Shown here piece after piece: positions 37,529 through 47,426 of a DNA stretch of 64,000 nt. The DNA is from Candidatus Geothermincolia bacterium (GTDB taxonomy: Bacteria > Actinomycetota > Geothermincolia > Fen-727 > Anoxymicrobiaceae). Positions within the stretch are counted from its first letter, which is position 1; each line of letters begins with the position of its first letter. Location: assembly GCA_038326775.1 (NCBI GenBank), contig JBBQKJ010000010.1:7236-71235 (forward strand), written 5' to 3'. The position numbers were made by a program, and so were the translations under genes. The notes under the pieces were generated by a model. The model was not told the origin of the DNA. It searched no databases and saw only the letters and a list, made by a program, of their open reading frames with translations.

Positions 37529-38044
37529 TCAACCCCTCTGCGCGGCGGCCTCCTCGCGCCGGATAGCATGCTCCTGGCACTGCTCCAGCGCCCTCTTCCT
37601 TTCATCGGGGTCACACCTGTCGATTATCAGCACGCCTTCCAGGTGATCACATTCATGCTGGAACACCTGGGCGGTGAATCCAATCGATTCAAGCACGATA
37701 TTTTGCCCGGAAGGGGTCATGCATCTGACCTTTACACGCTCGAATCGTGGAAGGGAGATGTAAACACCCGGAAGGCTGAGGCAGCCCTCCTCGCAAACGG
37801 TCTCATTCTCCGTCTCTACTATCTCGGGGTTTATCAGACACCTGGTACCGTGGCCCAGGTCATAGATAAAAAGCTTCTTGAGGACGCCGACCTGCGAAGC
37901 CGCGAGCCCGACCCTGCCCGGCGCCTCTTTGAGGGTCTCCTCCATCTTCTCTACGAGATCGCTGACCTCTCGGTCCACGGCCTCGACCGCTCGGCACTTT
38001 TCCCGGAGCACCGGGTCGCCTAAAGTCCTTATCTCGAGGGCCAA
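37529..38044 (-). CDS. def: Peptide deformylase
   Basis: ...GLAASQVG... ...EGCLSLPG... ...QHECDHLEG... three canonical PDF motifs. Confidence 0.92.
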   Translation of the reverse strand: MALEIRTLGDPVLREKCRAVEAVDREVSDLVEKMEETLKEAPGRVGLAASQVGVLKKLFIYDLGHGTRCLINPEIVETENETVCEEGCLSLPGVYISLPRFERVKVRCMTPSGQNIVLESIGFTAQVFQHECDHLEGVLIIDRCDPDERKRALEQCQEHAIRREEAAAQRG

Positions 38045-38079
38045 CCTTGTTACCTCCGAGGGCAGAAATCCTATAAGTC

Positions 38080-39276
38080 CTAGAGCCCCGCTTCGCTCTT
38101 GAGTATATCCGCTTTGTCGGTTCGTTCCCAGGTGAAGCCCTCTTCCTGTCGGCCGAAATGCCCGTACGAAGCGGTCCTCCTGTAGATGGGGTTCAGCAGC
38201 TTCAGGTCCCTGATGATGGCCGCGGGCCTCAGGTCAAAGGTTGCAGAAATGAGCTTTCCTATCCTATCGATGTCGATCTTCTCGGTACCAAAACCCTCAC
38301 ACCTTATAGAAACCGGGTGGGCTACTCCGATAACGTAGGCGAGCTGGACCTCGAAGCGGTCGGCAAGGCCCGCTGCCACCACGTTCTTGGCCACCCAGCG
38401 CGCGGCGTAAGAAGCCGAGCGGTCGACCTTGGACGGGTCCTTCCCGGAGAAGGCGCCCCCGCCATGACGCGCCATTCCGCCGTAAGTGTCAACGATTATC
38501 TTCCGGCCGGTGAGCCCGGTGTCCGCCTTGGGCCCACCCTGTTCGAACCTGCCAGTGCAGTTTATGAGCACTTCGGTTTCCTCGTCCATTAGTTCCGCGG
38601 GCACTATCGGCCTTATGACGTGCTCCGTGAGGTCTGGCGTCAGCAGCGCCTCTATGTCGACGTCAGGCCCGTGCTGGGCCGCGATTACTATCTTTGAGAC
38701 CCTCACCGGCCGGTCGTCCTCGTACTCCACGGTGACCTGGGTCTTTCCATCGGGCCGTAAGTACGTAAGGACCTCCGCCTTCCTGACATCGGCAAGCCTG
38801 CGGGCAAGCTTATGCGCGAGCATGATCGGAAGCGGCATCAGCTCTTCGGTCTCGTTACAAGCGTAACCGAACATCATGCCCTGGTCGCCCGCGCCAAGCT
38901 TGTCGAGCTCATCGTCGCTTCCCTCGAGCCGTTCCTCCATCGCGTCGTCGACGCCCCGGGCGATATCCGGCGATTGCGGGTCTATCGATGTGAGCACCGC
39001 ACAGGTCTCAAAATCGAAACCGTACTTGGCCCGCGTATAACCTATCTCCTCGATGGTCTTTCTGACCGCCGACGGGATGTCCGCGTATGCATCGGTGGTT
39101 ATCTCGCCCGATACCACCACCAGCCCGGTCGTCACCAGCGTCTCGCAGGCGACGTGCGCGGTCGGGTCCTTGGCAATTATCTCGTCCAGAATGGCATCGC
39201 TGATCTGGTCAGCGACCTTGTCCGGGTGTCCCTCCGTAACCGACTCAGAGGTGAAGTACCTCTTTTCCTGCGACAT
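38080..39276 (-). CDS. metK: S-adenosylmethionine synthetase
   Basis: [31 protein letters not shown]... ...[12 protein letters not shown]... ...[16 protein letters not shown]... Confidence 0.95.
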   Translation of the reverse strand: MSQEKRYFTSESVTEGHPDKVADQISDAILDEIIAKDPTAHVACETLVTTGLVVVSGEITTDAYADIPSAVRKTIEEIGYTRAKYGFDFETCAVLTSIDPQSPDIARGVDDAMEERLEGSDDELDKLGAGDQGMMFGYACNETEELMPLPIMLAHKLARRLADVRKAEVLTYLRPDGKTQVTVEYEDDRPVRVSKIVIAAQHGPDVDIEALLTPDLTEHVIRPIVPAELMDEETEVLINCTGRFEQGGPKADTGLTGRKIIVDTYGGMARHGGGAFSGKDPSKVDRSASYAARWVAKNVVAAGLADRFEVQLAYVIGVAHPVSIRCEGFGTEKIDIDRIGKLISATFDLRPAAIIRDLKLLNPIYRRTASYGHFGRQEEGFTWERTDKADILKSEAGL

Positions 39277-39486
39277 TGCTTCCCTCCATTTCCATCCGAC
39301 GCCATTTTGCGCTGTTTTATCTTCCTACAAGCCTTGACGCTGTCACTGACAAATGCGACCCGACCCCAGCCTGACTTCATTAAGTATGCCCCCTCCACGC
39401 GGAGGGGGCACCACAACCCCCGATCCTTCAATAAAATACAATAGCACACTCAAGGAAGGCTGGCACCGCATCCTCCGCGGTGTGGC

Positions 39487-40161
39487 TCAGGACGGCGGTT
39501 TCTGGATCTCTTTACTTATGAAGTCCCCGTTCATCCCGTCGACATAGACACGCAGTATCTCGGAAGCGATCTTTGGCTCGCGGTAGTTTACGTCCCAGAT
39601 CCACTTGTACTTGGGGGCCGGCATCTTCTCGCCTATCGCTTCGTAATCAGCACTGCAGCGGAGCGTCACGTTCACCTGCGCATCGGGGTGCGCCTCCAGG
39701 AACTCGCTTCCTCCATTGCGCAGCCCTACCGTGTACACCTCGGAGGAGTCCACCCGGAAATCGGGCGGTTTGTTCTTTGAATAGATCTCCCGGCCTTTTT
39801 CAGCGCCTTTGTTCCTGGTCGGAACACCGGGCCAGATTCGGCCGCGGTTGTAAATAACCAGAAACTGCCCGTGTTCCTCCGGGGTCGGAGAGAAGTAGTA
39901 GACCTCCCATATCTTGCCCTTGCCATCCCGGCCTATGCCTTCGGCGTCACCGTCCCTCACCTGGATCATCCAGTTCTGGTCCTGCCACCTGTCGGCAGCG
40001 GGGCGTGTGAACCGTACGGCTTCGTAGGCGGACACCGCCTCCGGCCGGCCTCCAGTATCATCAGCCTGGGTGACTTCCACCTCCTTGCCGCATCCGGGCA
40101 GAGCAAGCGCCGCAAGCGCAACGATCAGGACGCATAAAGACAATGCCGCAAACGCTTTCAT
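39487..40161 (-). CDS. Lipoprotein of unknown function
   Basis: MKAFAALSLCVLIVALAALALPGCG lipobox; no recognisable catalytic motif. Confidence 0.55.
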   Translation of the reverse strand: MKAFAALSLCVLIVALAALALPGCGKEVEVTQADDTGGRPEAVSAYEAVRFTRPAADRWQDQNWMIQVRDGDAEGIGRDGKGKIWEVYYFSPTPEEHGQFLVIYNRGRIWPGVPTRNKGAEKGREIYSKNKPPDFRVDSSEVYTVGLRNGGSEFLEAHPDAQVNVTLRCSADYEAIGEKMPAPKYKWIWDVNYREPKIASEILRVYVDGMNGDFISKEIQKPPS

Positions 40162-40333
40162 ATTCGCACTCTCCTCCCCCGAGACTCGCTTGCATCCAGA
40201 TCGCCGGTCATCCTTGCCTGACCCCCCGCCAGTGAGCCTGTGACGGCTTCTCGACGATTATTCTACAGCATCGCAAGCACGGATCTCATCGCCGGCAACG
40301 CGCGCCCACAAACGATTAGACCACCCGGCGGCC

Positions 40334-41920
40334 TCAAGGGTTCACAGCAGGGACGATAGCCTCGCGCAGTAAGCGCCCGTCAAAGACCCAGACACCGTCG
40401 ATATCGATTGGGAGCACGAACCGCGCGAGCCCGAGAGCCGGGTCGGAGCCATCGGATGACTTGAACCCAGGCCTCATCATGACGAAATCCGGGCGAACAT
40501 ATGCGACGTGTTCGGCCACGGCGTCGGCGCCCACCGCCTGTAGAAGCACGAGCACGGTGCTGGCCGGATCGATACCCTTCTCCTCACCTCCGCCGGGCTC
40601 TTCGGGTAAAAGCAGAAGGGACTCCGGCCTGTAGCTCTTCAGGTAGAACGCCATGATGGGGCTGAGGTCGTTCAGCCGAAGCATCACACGGCCGCGCGCG
40701 GACATCCGCCCGTTCATGTACTCGGCCGCCTCCTTGTACATCAGGGAGCGTCGGTAGGTGGGGTCCGCTCTTAAGAGAAACGAACCGAACCCTACCGGCA
40801 GGCTCAAGGCGAGCGAGGCCGCCAGCACCGCGGCCACCACCACCCTCGCCCGCATCGGATGCGCCGAGAGCACACGGGCTGTCTCCGACAGGCCCCAGCC
40901 CCCGAGAAGGGCGAAGGCCGGCAAGGCAGAGTACACGAGCCAGGGAGGCTTGCCCCACGAAAGCGAGAGGAACACGTATGTGAGCAGGACCCATATGACC
41001 AGGAAGAGCGCAATCCGCCAGTGAGGTTGGCGGGATGATGTACGAGTGGTCGCGCTCGCTTCCGCGACCGGGGCTCGCGACCCTCCCCTCGGCCACCCGT
41101 TTCTTCGAATGTACGTTACCAGGAAAGCCGCGCCGGCTGCGGCCAGGGCGAGCGTGACCCAGCCGAGGTCCAGGTGAACGCGCCCGAGATAGAAGTGCCA
41201 CGGCTTGCGCCAGTTTGCCGACTCCGGGCTGCCGCCCAGGTAGAAACGCACGAACTCCCCTTTGCTGGTCGAGAAGAACAGGTACCACCATGACGAGATC
41301 AGAACGCCCGTGGCGAGGCTTATGAAGAACCCCTTCAACCGATCTAACCCGCGGCTTGCCAGGATGAAGAGAAAAAGCGCCGCGGGAAGGAAGACGAAGA
41401 TCTCCTTGGTGAGCATGGCCATGCCAAGCATCGCGCCCGCTACCAGGTACTTCCCGCGGAAGAACAGCAGCAGGAACAGCATCCCCAGCAGCAGCGCAAA
41501 GGATTCCTGCTTCACCAGGCTGTCGTATACCCTGGCCGCCGGCATGACCGCGAAGAGGAAAGCGGCCGCCAGCCCCGCACGCTCGCCGAACCAGTCGCGC
41601 CCGCAGAAGAAGATGGCGAGGGCAAGTCCTGCCGCGGAAGCGACAGACATGATCTCCATCGCTATGGAAAGCCCGTGCCTGCCGGTTCCGCTCACGGCCT
41701 CGTAGAGCGCCCCCAGCCCGGTGTAAAGCGGGGGGTGCCTCAAGAAGTTGTTATAGAAAACGTCGCTGGTATGGCCCGTCGCCGCGTCAATGACGGAGTT
41801 GACGTTCCATGCCTCGTCGTAGGTCAGGGCGTGTCCAACGTTGAACACCCGCAGCAGTATCACTAACGCCACGATGGCTATCAGCCCTGCCACCAGCAGC
41901 TTTCGGTTCATCCCGCCCAT
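40334..41920 (-). CDS. GT-C-fold glycosyltransferase, PMT_2 / ArnT-like (GT39/GT83-type)
   Basis: 11-13 predicted TM helices; N-terminal loop ...LTYDEAWNVNSV... with DE pair; hydrophobic-profile family resemblance only. Confidence 0.55.
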   Translation of the reverse strand: MGGMNRKLLVAGLIAIVALVILLRVFNVGHALTYDEAWNVNSVIDAATGHTSDVFYNNFLRHPPLYTGLGALYEAVSGTGRHGLSIAMEIMSVASAAGLALAIFFCGRDWFGERAGLAAAFLFAVMPAARVYDSLVKQESFALLLGMLFLLLFFRGKYLVAGAMLGMAMLTKEIFVFLPAALFLFILASRGLDRLKGFFISLATGVLISSWWYLFFSTSKGEFVRFYLGGSPESANWRKPWHFYLGRVHLDLGWVTLALAAAGAAFLVTYIRRNGWPRGGSRAPVAEASATTRTSSRQPHWRIALFLVIWVLLTYVFLSLSWGKPPWLVYSALPAFALLGGWGLSETARVLSAHPMRARVVVAAVLAASLALSLPVGFGSFLLRADPTYRRSLMYKEAAEYMNGRMSARGRVMLRLNDLSPIMAFYLKSYRPESLLLLPEEPGGGEEKGIDPASTVLVLLQAVGADAVAEHVAYVRPDFVMMRPGFKSSDGSDPALGLARFVLPIDIDGVWVFDGRLLREAIVPAVNP

Positions 41921-41930
41921 AGGTCCCTCT

Positions 41931-42683
41931 TCAGCGGCCAGCGGCCAGTCGCTCTATCAGCAACGCCGGAAGGCCGGTATTCGACATCCTCTTCTGCACA
42001 TCGGCAATGGGGTACTCCACCCGGCGGTAGGTGATGGTTCCACGGCCGCGGTCGAACTCAACGTAACAGGCGCGAGGGTCGCCGTCGCGCGGTTGTCCGA
42101 CGCTGCCCGCGTTCACCATGAACCGATGGCCTTCCTCCAGTTCTATGACATCGCCGTCGCGCGGCTTTGCGAGTGCAATGACTCTTTGCTCCTCTTCAGG
42201 AAACGATTCGCGGCTCAAGCGGAATACCGCCGGCACGTGCGAGTGCCCGTGAAAGCACACCGCCTCTTCGAACTCGAGAAAGCTCGCTCGCGCCTGCGAT
42301 ACTGAGACCACATACTCCCATAGCGGGTTTCGCGGGCTTCCATGCACCAGCCTCCACTCCACCGTGTGCCACATCGTCGCAAGAGAGTCCAGGTACGAAC
42401 ACGATGCCTCGACGAGCACTTCCCGGGTCCATTCACAGGCCAGGCGAGCCTCCCGGTTGAACGACGAGAGGTCCAGCCTTCCGCGCGACACGAGGTCGTG
42501 GTTGCCGGCTACGGCCATCGCTTCGATATCTTCTATCCTCCGCAAGCATTCATTGGGATACGGGCCATACCCGACAGTGTCTCCCGCGCACAGCCATTCC
42601 GCGGCACCATCCGCGTTGGCTATCACCGCTTCAAGCGCAGGCAGGTTTCCGTGAACGTCTCCGATCACGCACGTGAACGACAA
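41931..42683 (-). CDS. Calcineurin-like metallophosphoesterase (YfcE/MJ0936-like)
   Basis: MSFTCVIGDVHGNLPALEAV... ...GDTVGYGPYPNEC... ...AGNHDL... ...FHGHSHV... Confidence 0.8.
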   Translation of the reverse strand: MSFTCVIGDVHGNLPALEAVIANADGAAEWLCAGDTVGYGPYPNECLRRIEDIEAMAVAGNHDLVSRGRLDLSSFNREARLACEWTREVLVEASCSYLDSLATMWHTVEWRLVHGSPRNPLWEYVVSVSQARASFLEFEEAVCFHGHSHVPAVFRLSRESFPEEEQRVIALAKPRDGDVIELEEGHRFMVNAGSVGQPRDGDPRACYVEFDRGRGTITYRRVEYPIADVQKRMSNTGLPALLIERLAAGR

Positions 42684-42813
42684 CCATTCTCTCCCTGGAA
42701 TAACAGGCCGCTACGTGGCCGGTCGCGACTGCAGTCAGCGCAAAACCGCTCTCCCCGCCCACGCCCCGTCAACCCCGGCTTCGCTACCCTCACAATATGC
42801 CGCGGCACCGGTT

Positions 42814-43095
42814 TCAGGTCGCGATGTGTCCGTGGACGGCTACGATGTTGCTCCAGGGGATGAAGTAGTGGTGGATGCCGAGCATGCCCGTAGCCGCAAG
42901 GGTGATGCCCTCCCCCTGCACCTCGACCACCGCGTAGAACTGCACTTCAGGTACCTCATGCCGCAACAGGATCTCGATCGACTGGCAGGCCGATTCCCAG
43001 CCGAACATCTTCTTGCAGAGCTCCACCGGGAGGTGTTTGATATCGCTTTCAGGTTCCTGCACGTAACAAGGTTCCCTGAGCCTGATGACTTGCAT
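42814..43095 (-). CDS. Small hypothetical protein (93 aa)
   Basis: Coding-like GC3 bias; MQVIRLREPCYVQEPESDIKHLPVELCKKMFGWE...; no recognised domain. The opposite-strand ORF 42673-43185 looks like non-coding antisense. Confidence 0.35.
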   Translation of the reverse strand: MQVIRLREPCYVQEPESDIKHLPVELCKKMFGWESACQSIEILLRHEVPEVQFYAVVEVQGEGITLAATGMLGIHHYFIPWSNIVAVHGHIAT

Positions 43096-43200
43096 TCTTT
43101 CCTCCTTGCGGTCTCTTCCAGACCTTGGAAAAGGATATTCCATTCGCCCGGCCCGGGCAAACGGCACCTGCTCGCTCCAGCCTGACCCAGGTGTCGCTTT

Positions 43201-45006
43201 TCAGACCTGGGTCGCGCATCCCGGGGCCTTTATCCGTCGCTGGTAGCCTCCGCTCTTCTTCCTCTCGATGCGCGCTTCTATAAAACCGCCCGGGACAGGC
43301 ACTCGACCTTCCACCCAATCGAGCCCCACCGGCCGCGGGTCGAAGACAAACTTACGGTATCCGGCGCCCGCCGGCCGGATGCCAAGCACGAACTTGGAAA
43401 GCAGCGGCACCACACCCGCGGACCATCCGTGGCAAAGCGAGGTGAAGTGGCCCGGCGCTTCACCCTTGCGCCCTTTCCATTCCCAGAAGGTAGTCCCGGG
43501 CTCGCAGCCCAGCATGCCACCCCAACACCTCCGCACAAGCTCTATTGCGCCGTCGTCGTCTCCCGCGATGAAACGGGCCAGCGCCTCGTAGTTGTTCATG
43601 AACGGGACCACCCGCCTGTTGTGCCAGGGGTACCCGGGCGTAAGCCGGTAGTACGGGATATCCACGTTCGTGGAGCCCCATTCCTCCCACATGTTCTCCT
43701 TGATGTACTCGAGTATTCCCCTGGCGACATGCGGCTCCCCGGAAAGACCCGAGACGATCGCGATGGAGTTCGCGTCCTGGGGGACGCGGCCGCGGTCGGC
43801 CGTCGTGTCAACGAACGCGCCGCGCTCCTCGTCCCAGAGCTTGCGCTCCATCGCCTCCCCCAGCCTGAACGCCCTGGAAACGTACCCCGTAGAGATGACA
43901 TCTTCCCCTATCTCGTTCGCGAGGTAGGCCGCGCTGTTCAGCGCCCAGTAGTACATCGCGTTGGTGTAGGAAGGACTGCCCCTGCGCAAGACCGTGAAGC
44001 ACCACTCCATCATGTTGAGCGGCGTCTGGCGAAACATGCCTCCCCTGCACTGGGAATGCAGGTAATGAAGGGCCCTCTTTAGAGCCGGGAACGCCGCATC
44101 GAGCGTCTCCCGGTCGCCCGTGTGTATGTAGTACTGGTACAAGCAGACGACCCACCAGGCAACGTAGTCTCCGAACAAGCCGCCTGCCGCCCTCAACGGC
44201 AGTTGGGCCGGGCTGCAGGCGGGGATGTAACCGTCCTTCCCCTGGTAAGCGGCGAGCGAGAACAGGGAATCTCGCAATGCGCCGGTATTGTTGTCGCTGA
44301 CGCAGACCGCCGGGCCCATCGGGCCCAGGTCGCCGGTCCATATCAACCTGTCGCGCTTGGCGCCGTCGACCAGGACCCACCTGCCCTGCCCTATCCGCTG
44401 GCCGCCGCCGACGCCGCCCATACCTGGATCGATGGTGCACATCTCGACGGTGTGCAGGCCGGCGAACCAGGCACGGTTCAACATATCGTCGCTCGACAGG
44501 AAGTAGCCGCAGGAGTCCGGGGCCTCGGACCGGTACGGCGTATAGTCGACCGACACATCACTCAAGGTGACCCTGCCGGGGAGCATCGGATAAAACCAAA
44601 GGTAGCGGAAGCCCCCGCAATGAGCCAGGCGCACACCGGGCCCCGGGCGCGCCCTGAAGTGCCTGCAGTAAACGGACGGGTCCGCGATCGAAGCGGCATC
44701 GGCCGCCAGCGGGTTCAAGATGTGCTTCACAGACTCGACCGCCTGCAGCCCCACCCTCCGGCACTTGCCCTCGCCGAAGGAAACGCGCGGGAACCCGCCG
44801 ACCTCCAGTCCGAAGTCGACCAGGACGCCCCGGCGCCTCGACGCGGAAGCCACAAGCTGCATCCCGGCTTCACGAGAGTAAGGGACGCGTTTCAGCACGT
44901 TCCCTGACAGATCCGTCTCCGCCAGCCACACCGGCGCCACATCACCGGACTCCGGCTCCAACCAGTACTCCTTGATCGCGCTGGTCTCTTTGAGCACACC
45001 ACTCAA
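43201..45006 (-). CDS. Six-hairpin glycoside hydrolase, GH78 alpha-L-rhamnosidase-like
   Basis: ...WVLVDGAKRDRLIWTGDLG... (the DRLxWxGD motif typical of the rhamnosidase catalytic (alpha/alpha)6 domain); 601 aa. Confidence 0.55.
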   Translation of the reverse strand: MSGVLKETSAIKEYWLEPESGDVAPVWLAETDLSGNVLKRVPYSREAGMQLVASASRRRGVLVDFGLEVGGFPRVSFGEGKCRRVGLQAVESVKHILNPLAADAASIADPSVYCRHFRARPGPGVRLAHCGGFRYLWFYPMLPGRVTLSDVSVDYTPYRSEAPDSCGYFLSSDDMLNRAWFAGLHTVEMCTIDPGMGGVGGGQRIGQGRWVLVDGAKRDRLIWTGDLGPMGPAVCVSDNNTGALRDSLFSLAAYQGKDGYIPACSPAQLPLRAAGGLFGDYVAWWVVCLYQYYIHTGDRETLDAAFPALKRALHYLHSQCRGGMFRQTPLNMMEWCFTVLRRGSPSYTNAMYYWALNSAAYLANEIGEDVISTGYVSRAFRLGEAMERKLWDEERGAFVDTTADRGRVPQDANSIAIVSGLSGEPHVARGILEYIKENMWEEWGSTNVDIPYYRLTPGYPWHNRRVVPFMNNYEALARFIAGDDDGAIELVRRCWGGMLGCEPGTTFWEWKGRKGEAPGHFTSLCHGWSAGVVPLLSKFVLGIRPAGAGYRKFVFDPRPVGLDWVEGRVPVPGGFIEARIERKKSGGYQRRIKAPGCATQV

Positions 45007-45102
45007 CGATGAACCTCCCGCCCTGCCGGACTTTCTCTATCCATGCGTATTCTCGATCAGTGCAAGCTATCCCTTGAGCAAATGCCCCGAAAACCCCCGA
45101 GG

Positions 45103-45891
45103 TCACCTTCGCGCCACGAACTGCACGCGCCTGGTCTCCTCTCCCACACCCGTCAAGTCTCTTGCGTCACGGGCTTCGGCCCAGGTGAACCCGGCGCCGA
45201 AGACCAGGCCCATGACAAACTCCGTGTCGTACGACCTCTCCCGGTGGGTCTCTTCGCTCATCCTGAACAGACCGTTCTTCGACCTTATGAAGTTGGTCAT
45301 CCGGAGAGTGTTGGTGCGCGAATCAGGGTCCCATTCGGACTCCCAGACCGCCATGCCCATCGACACTCTATGAACAAACGCCGCTGTCCCCCACTCGACC
45401 TCGAGTTCCCTGGTGGTGTTCATATCGAAAACGCAGTATCCTCCCGCTTTCAGGCTGAGGGCAAACCGCGCTAGCGCCTCCCGGAGGTCCTCCTCGCGTA
45501 ACAGGTAGTTCAACGAATCGAAATTGCACGTCAGCAGGTCCACCGGCTCGGGCAGCTCGAGCTCGGTGAAAGACTGCTCCAGGAAAACGATGTTCTTTGC
45601 GCGCATCTTGCTTTCAGCCACCTCGAGCATCTCGGGGGACGCGTCGACCGCATACACGGTTGCACACCTGCCGGCCAGGTACCCGGCCGCGTGACCGGTC
45701 CCGCAGGCGACATCGGCGGCAACCTCGAAATGTATGCAGTACCTCGTAACCAGCGCCTCGAAATTGTCCTTCCAGCACTCGAACGCCGTGTCTCCGACGA
45801 GCTCATCGTAGATGAGCGACAGCTCCCTGTACGGCCGTTGGGAGTCACGCGCTCGCTTCATCCGGCCCTTGCCCATACGAATCACGCGCAT
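45103..45891 (-). CDS. Class I SAM-dependent methyltransferase
   Basis: ...VADVACGTGHAAGYLAGR... (motif I), ...VDLLTCNFDSLNYL... Confidence 0.8.
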   Translation of the reverse strand: MRVIRMGKGRMKRARDSQRPYRELSLIYDELVGDTAFECWKDNFEALVTRYCIHFEVAADVACGTGHAAGYLAGRCATVYAVDASPEMLEVAESKMRAKNIVFLEQSFTELELPEPVDLLTCNFDSLNYLLREEDLREALARFALSLKAGGYCVFDMNTTRELEVEWGTAAFVHRVSMGMAVWESEWDPDSRTNTLRMTNFIRSKNGLFRMSEETHRERSYDTEFVMGLVFGAGFTWAEARDARDLTGVGEETRRVQFVARR

Positions 45892-45917
45892 GCCTTGACA
45901 CCTCCGCGAACAGGCTA

Positions 45918-45947
45918 CATGACAATCCTACCCGCATATGGTTATGA
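45918..45947 (+). promoter_or_regulatory. Sigma70-like promoter candidate (ATGACA-18 nt-TATGAT) for the small Lys-rich ORF
   Basis: ATGACA at 45918-45923 and TATGAT at 45942-45947 with an 18-nt spacer, about 65 nt upstream of the ATG at 46014. Confidence 0.25.
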
Positions 45948-46013
45948 TATGTAACCGGAATTCATACTGGCGCAGCAATCAGTGACAAGCGGACCAGGAA
46001 GGGAGTGCTGAGA

Positions 46014-46181
46014 ATGGGAGCAAAGAAGGCAAAGAAGCTCGGGAAGAAAGCTTCAAAACTCAACAAGAAGGCCGACAAGGCCACCAAGAAGTCTGGCAAG
46101 GTCGTCCAGAAAGCTGAAAAGGCCACCAAGAAGGCCGACAAGGCCATGGCCAAGCTCGGCAAGGGCAAGTCGGCTGAATAG
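46014..46181 (+). CDS. Unlisted small ORF: 55-aa lysine/alanine-rich repetitive basic protein
   Basis: MGAKKAKKLGKKASKLNKKADKATKKSGKVVQKAEKATKKADKAMAKLGKGKSAE; GGAGTG RBS 6 nt upstream. It falls below the 60-aa ORF-track cutoff; the antisense 131-aa ORF 45962-46357 is likely spurious. Confidence 0.5.
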   Translation: MGAKKAKKLGKKASKLNKKADKATKKSGKVVQKAEKATKKADKAMAKLGKGKSAE

Positions 46182-46274
46182 CGGCAGTTAAACAGACCCA
46201 CGCAACACCGTGCAGGCACCACCTTCGCGCGCTCGCAGAAGGGTGGTGCCAATATTTGTTTGTGTGGAGGGGAA

Positions 46275-47372
46275 ATGAGGGAGTGCCGGCAGTGCGGTTT
46301 CCCGCGCAAGTTCGCGAGTAACTTCGATTGGCGCGAGGACGGAACCATAGTAAGCACCGACAGGGCTGGGACTCGCGCTCAGATCAGTTTGCTGAACGCC
46401 GGGGAGTTCGAAAGGGTTTTCGACGGGCTGTCTCACTCCATCGGCTTGAAGGTCGAGCCTTTTCTGGTGAAGGCGAATAAGGATATCGGCAAGGCGATAT
46501 ATAACTACACGCCCTTCAGATACCTGGCTCATTTCCCCAACAACAGGTTTTTCCGCCCCAGTTTATTTGCCAGGGCGGCCGTGCGCATGAGCGCCTACGA
46601 TATCGCGGCACTGGGAACGGGCCGTGTCAGGCTGGACCAGTTCAGAGCTGGAGAGTACGCGGTAGTGAGATTCAGGTATCCCTGCCTTTATCCTCTTCTC
46701 GCCGGGAGTGCTTCGGGGATATACGAGTCGGTCGAAGGCATCCCGGACTCACGCGTTGAGTTCGAGCTGGACGCCGGTGACCTGGTGGTCCGACTCGGTC
46801 ACGCCGAGGCGCCCGATGAATCACCGGATGTGGAGGGCAGGTTTCATTACGAGCCCGCGGTGCCGGCTGATGGCCCGGTGAGGTACGCCAGGTGCCGCGA
46901 ATGCGGAGTGCCCGCGCTGGCCGGCCTCGCACTCGAGTGGGATATCAAGCGGGGCGTTATCAAGAACCGCCTGACCGGCGAGCGCGAGGTCGTGGTTCCG
47001 GTCCAGGCTGTCAACGCGATACTTCGTGAGCTCGAGCTGGAACTCGGTGAAGGAATAGCTGACATTATCTACGCACACCAGAAAGCGCTTTCAATGGAGC
47101 GTCTCCAAGGCGTCCTGGTGCTGGACCCGGACGGTTTCTGGGACGAGTACCTTACCGAGCTCGCACTTCGCGGCCTGGGCTATCCTTTCGTTTTCGAGAG
47201 AGACGGCTCATCCGGACGCGTCGAGATAGTGAACGCTTACAACCAGGTTCTATACGCGGCGAAGCTGGCGGCGGCTTTCGAGGCGGCAAGCGGGTCTCCC
47301 AGCAAGATAGAGTGGGAGAGGCGAGACTGCTACCATGGCGTCTACCGCATTTCGACACTCCACAGCGGCTGA
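46275..47372 (+). CDS. Hypothetical protein with two CxxCG zinc-ribbon-like motifs (possible internal duplication)
   Basis: MRECRQCGF... and ...YARCRECGVPA... each precede a helical region; coding-like codon bias; no confident family assignment. Confidence 0.5.
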   Translation: MRECRQCGFPRKFASNFDWREDGTIVSTDRAGTRAQISLLNAGEFERVFDGLSHSIGLKVEPFLVKANKDIGKAIYNYTPFRYLAHFPNNRFFRPSLFARAAVRMSAYDIAALGTGRVRLDQFRAGEYAVVRFRYPCLYPLLAGSASGIYESVEGIPDSRVEFELDAGDLVVRLGHAEAPDESPDVEGRFHYEPAVPADGPVRYARCRECGVPALAGLALEWDIKRGVIKNRLTGEREVVVPVQAVNAILRELELELGEGIADIIYAHQKALSMERLQGVLVLDPDGFWDEYLTELALRGLGYPFVFERDGSSGRVEIVNAYNQVLYAAKLAAAFEAASGSPSKIEWERRDCYHGVYRISTLHSG

Positions 47373-47426
47373 ACGCCGCCAGTCACAAGGCATCGCGCCC
47401 CCGACCGGGGGTCAGTTGCCAGGCCC

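Noticed and set aside
39277-39486. Classic SAM-I riboswitch upstream of metK
   Set aside because: I could not find the conserved SAM-I core (GGUGGAGGGA…GCAACC…AGAUC) by eye. It is reported only as a structured leader to be checked with covariance models.
42673-43185. 170-aa plus-strand ORF
   Set aside because: It overlaps the more coding-like minus-strand small ORF and the metallophosphoesterase 5' end, and its composition looks non-coding.
45962-46357. 131-aa minus-strand ORF
   Set aside because: It is the antisense frame of the Lys-rich small ORF (AAG/AAA codons read as CTT/TTT give Leu/Phe runs), so it is an artefact.
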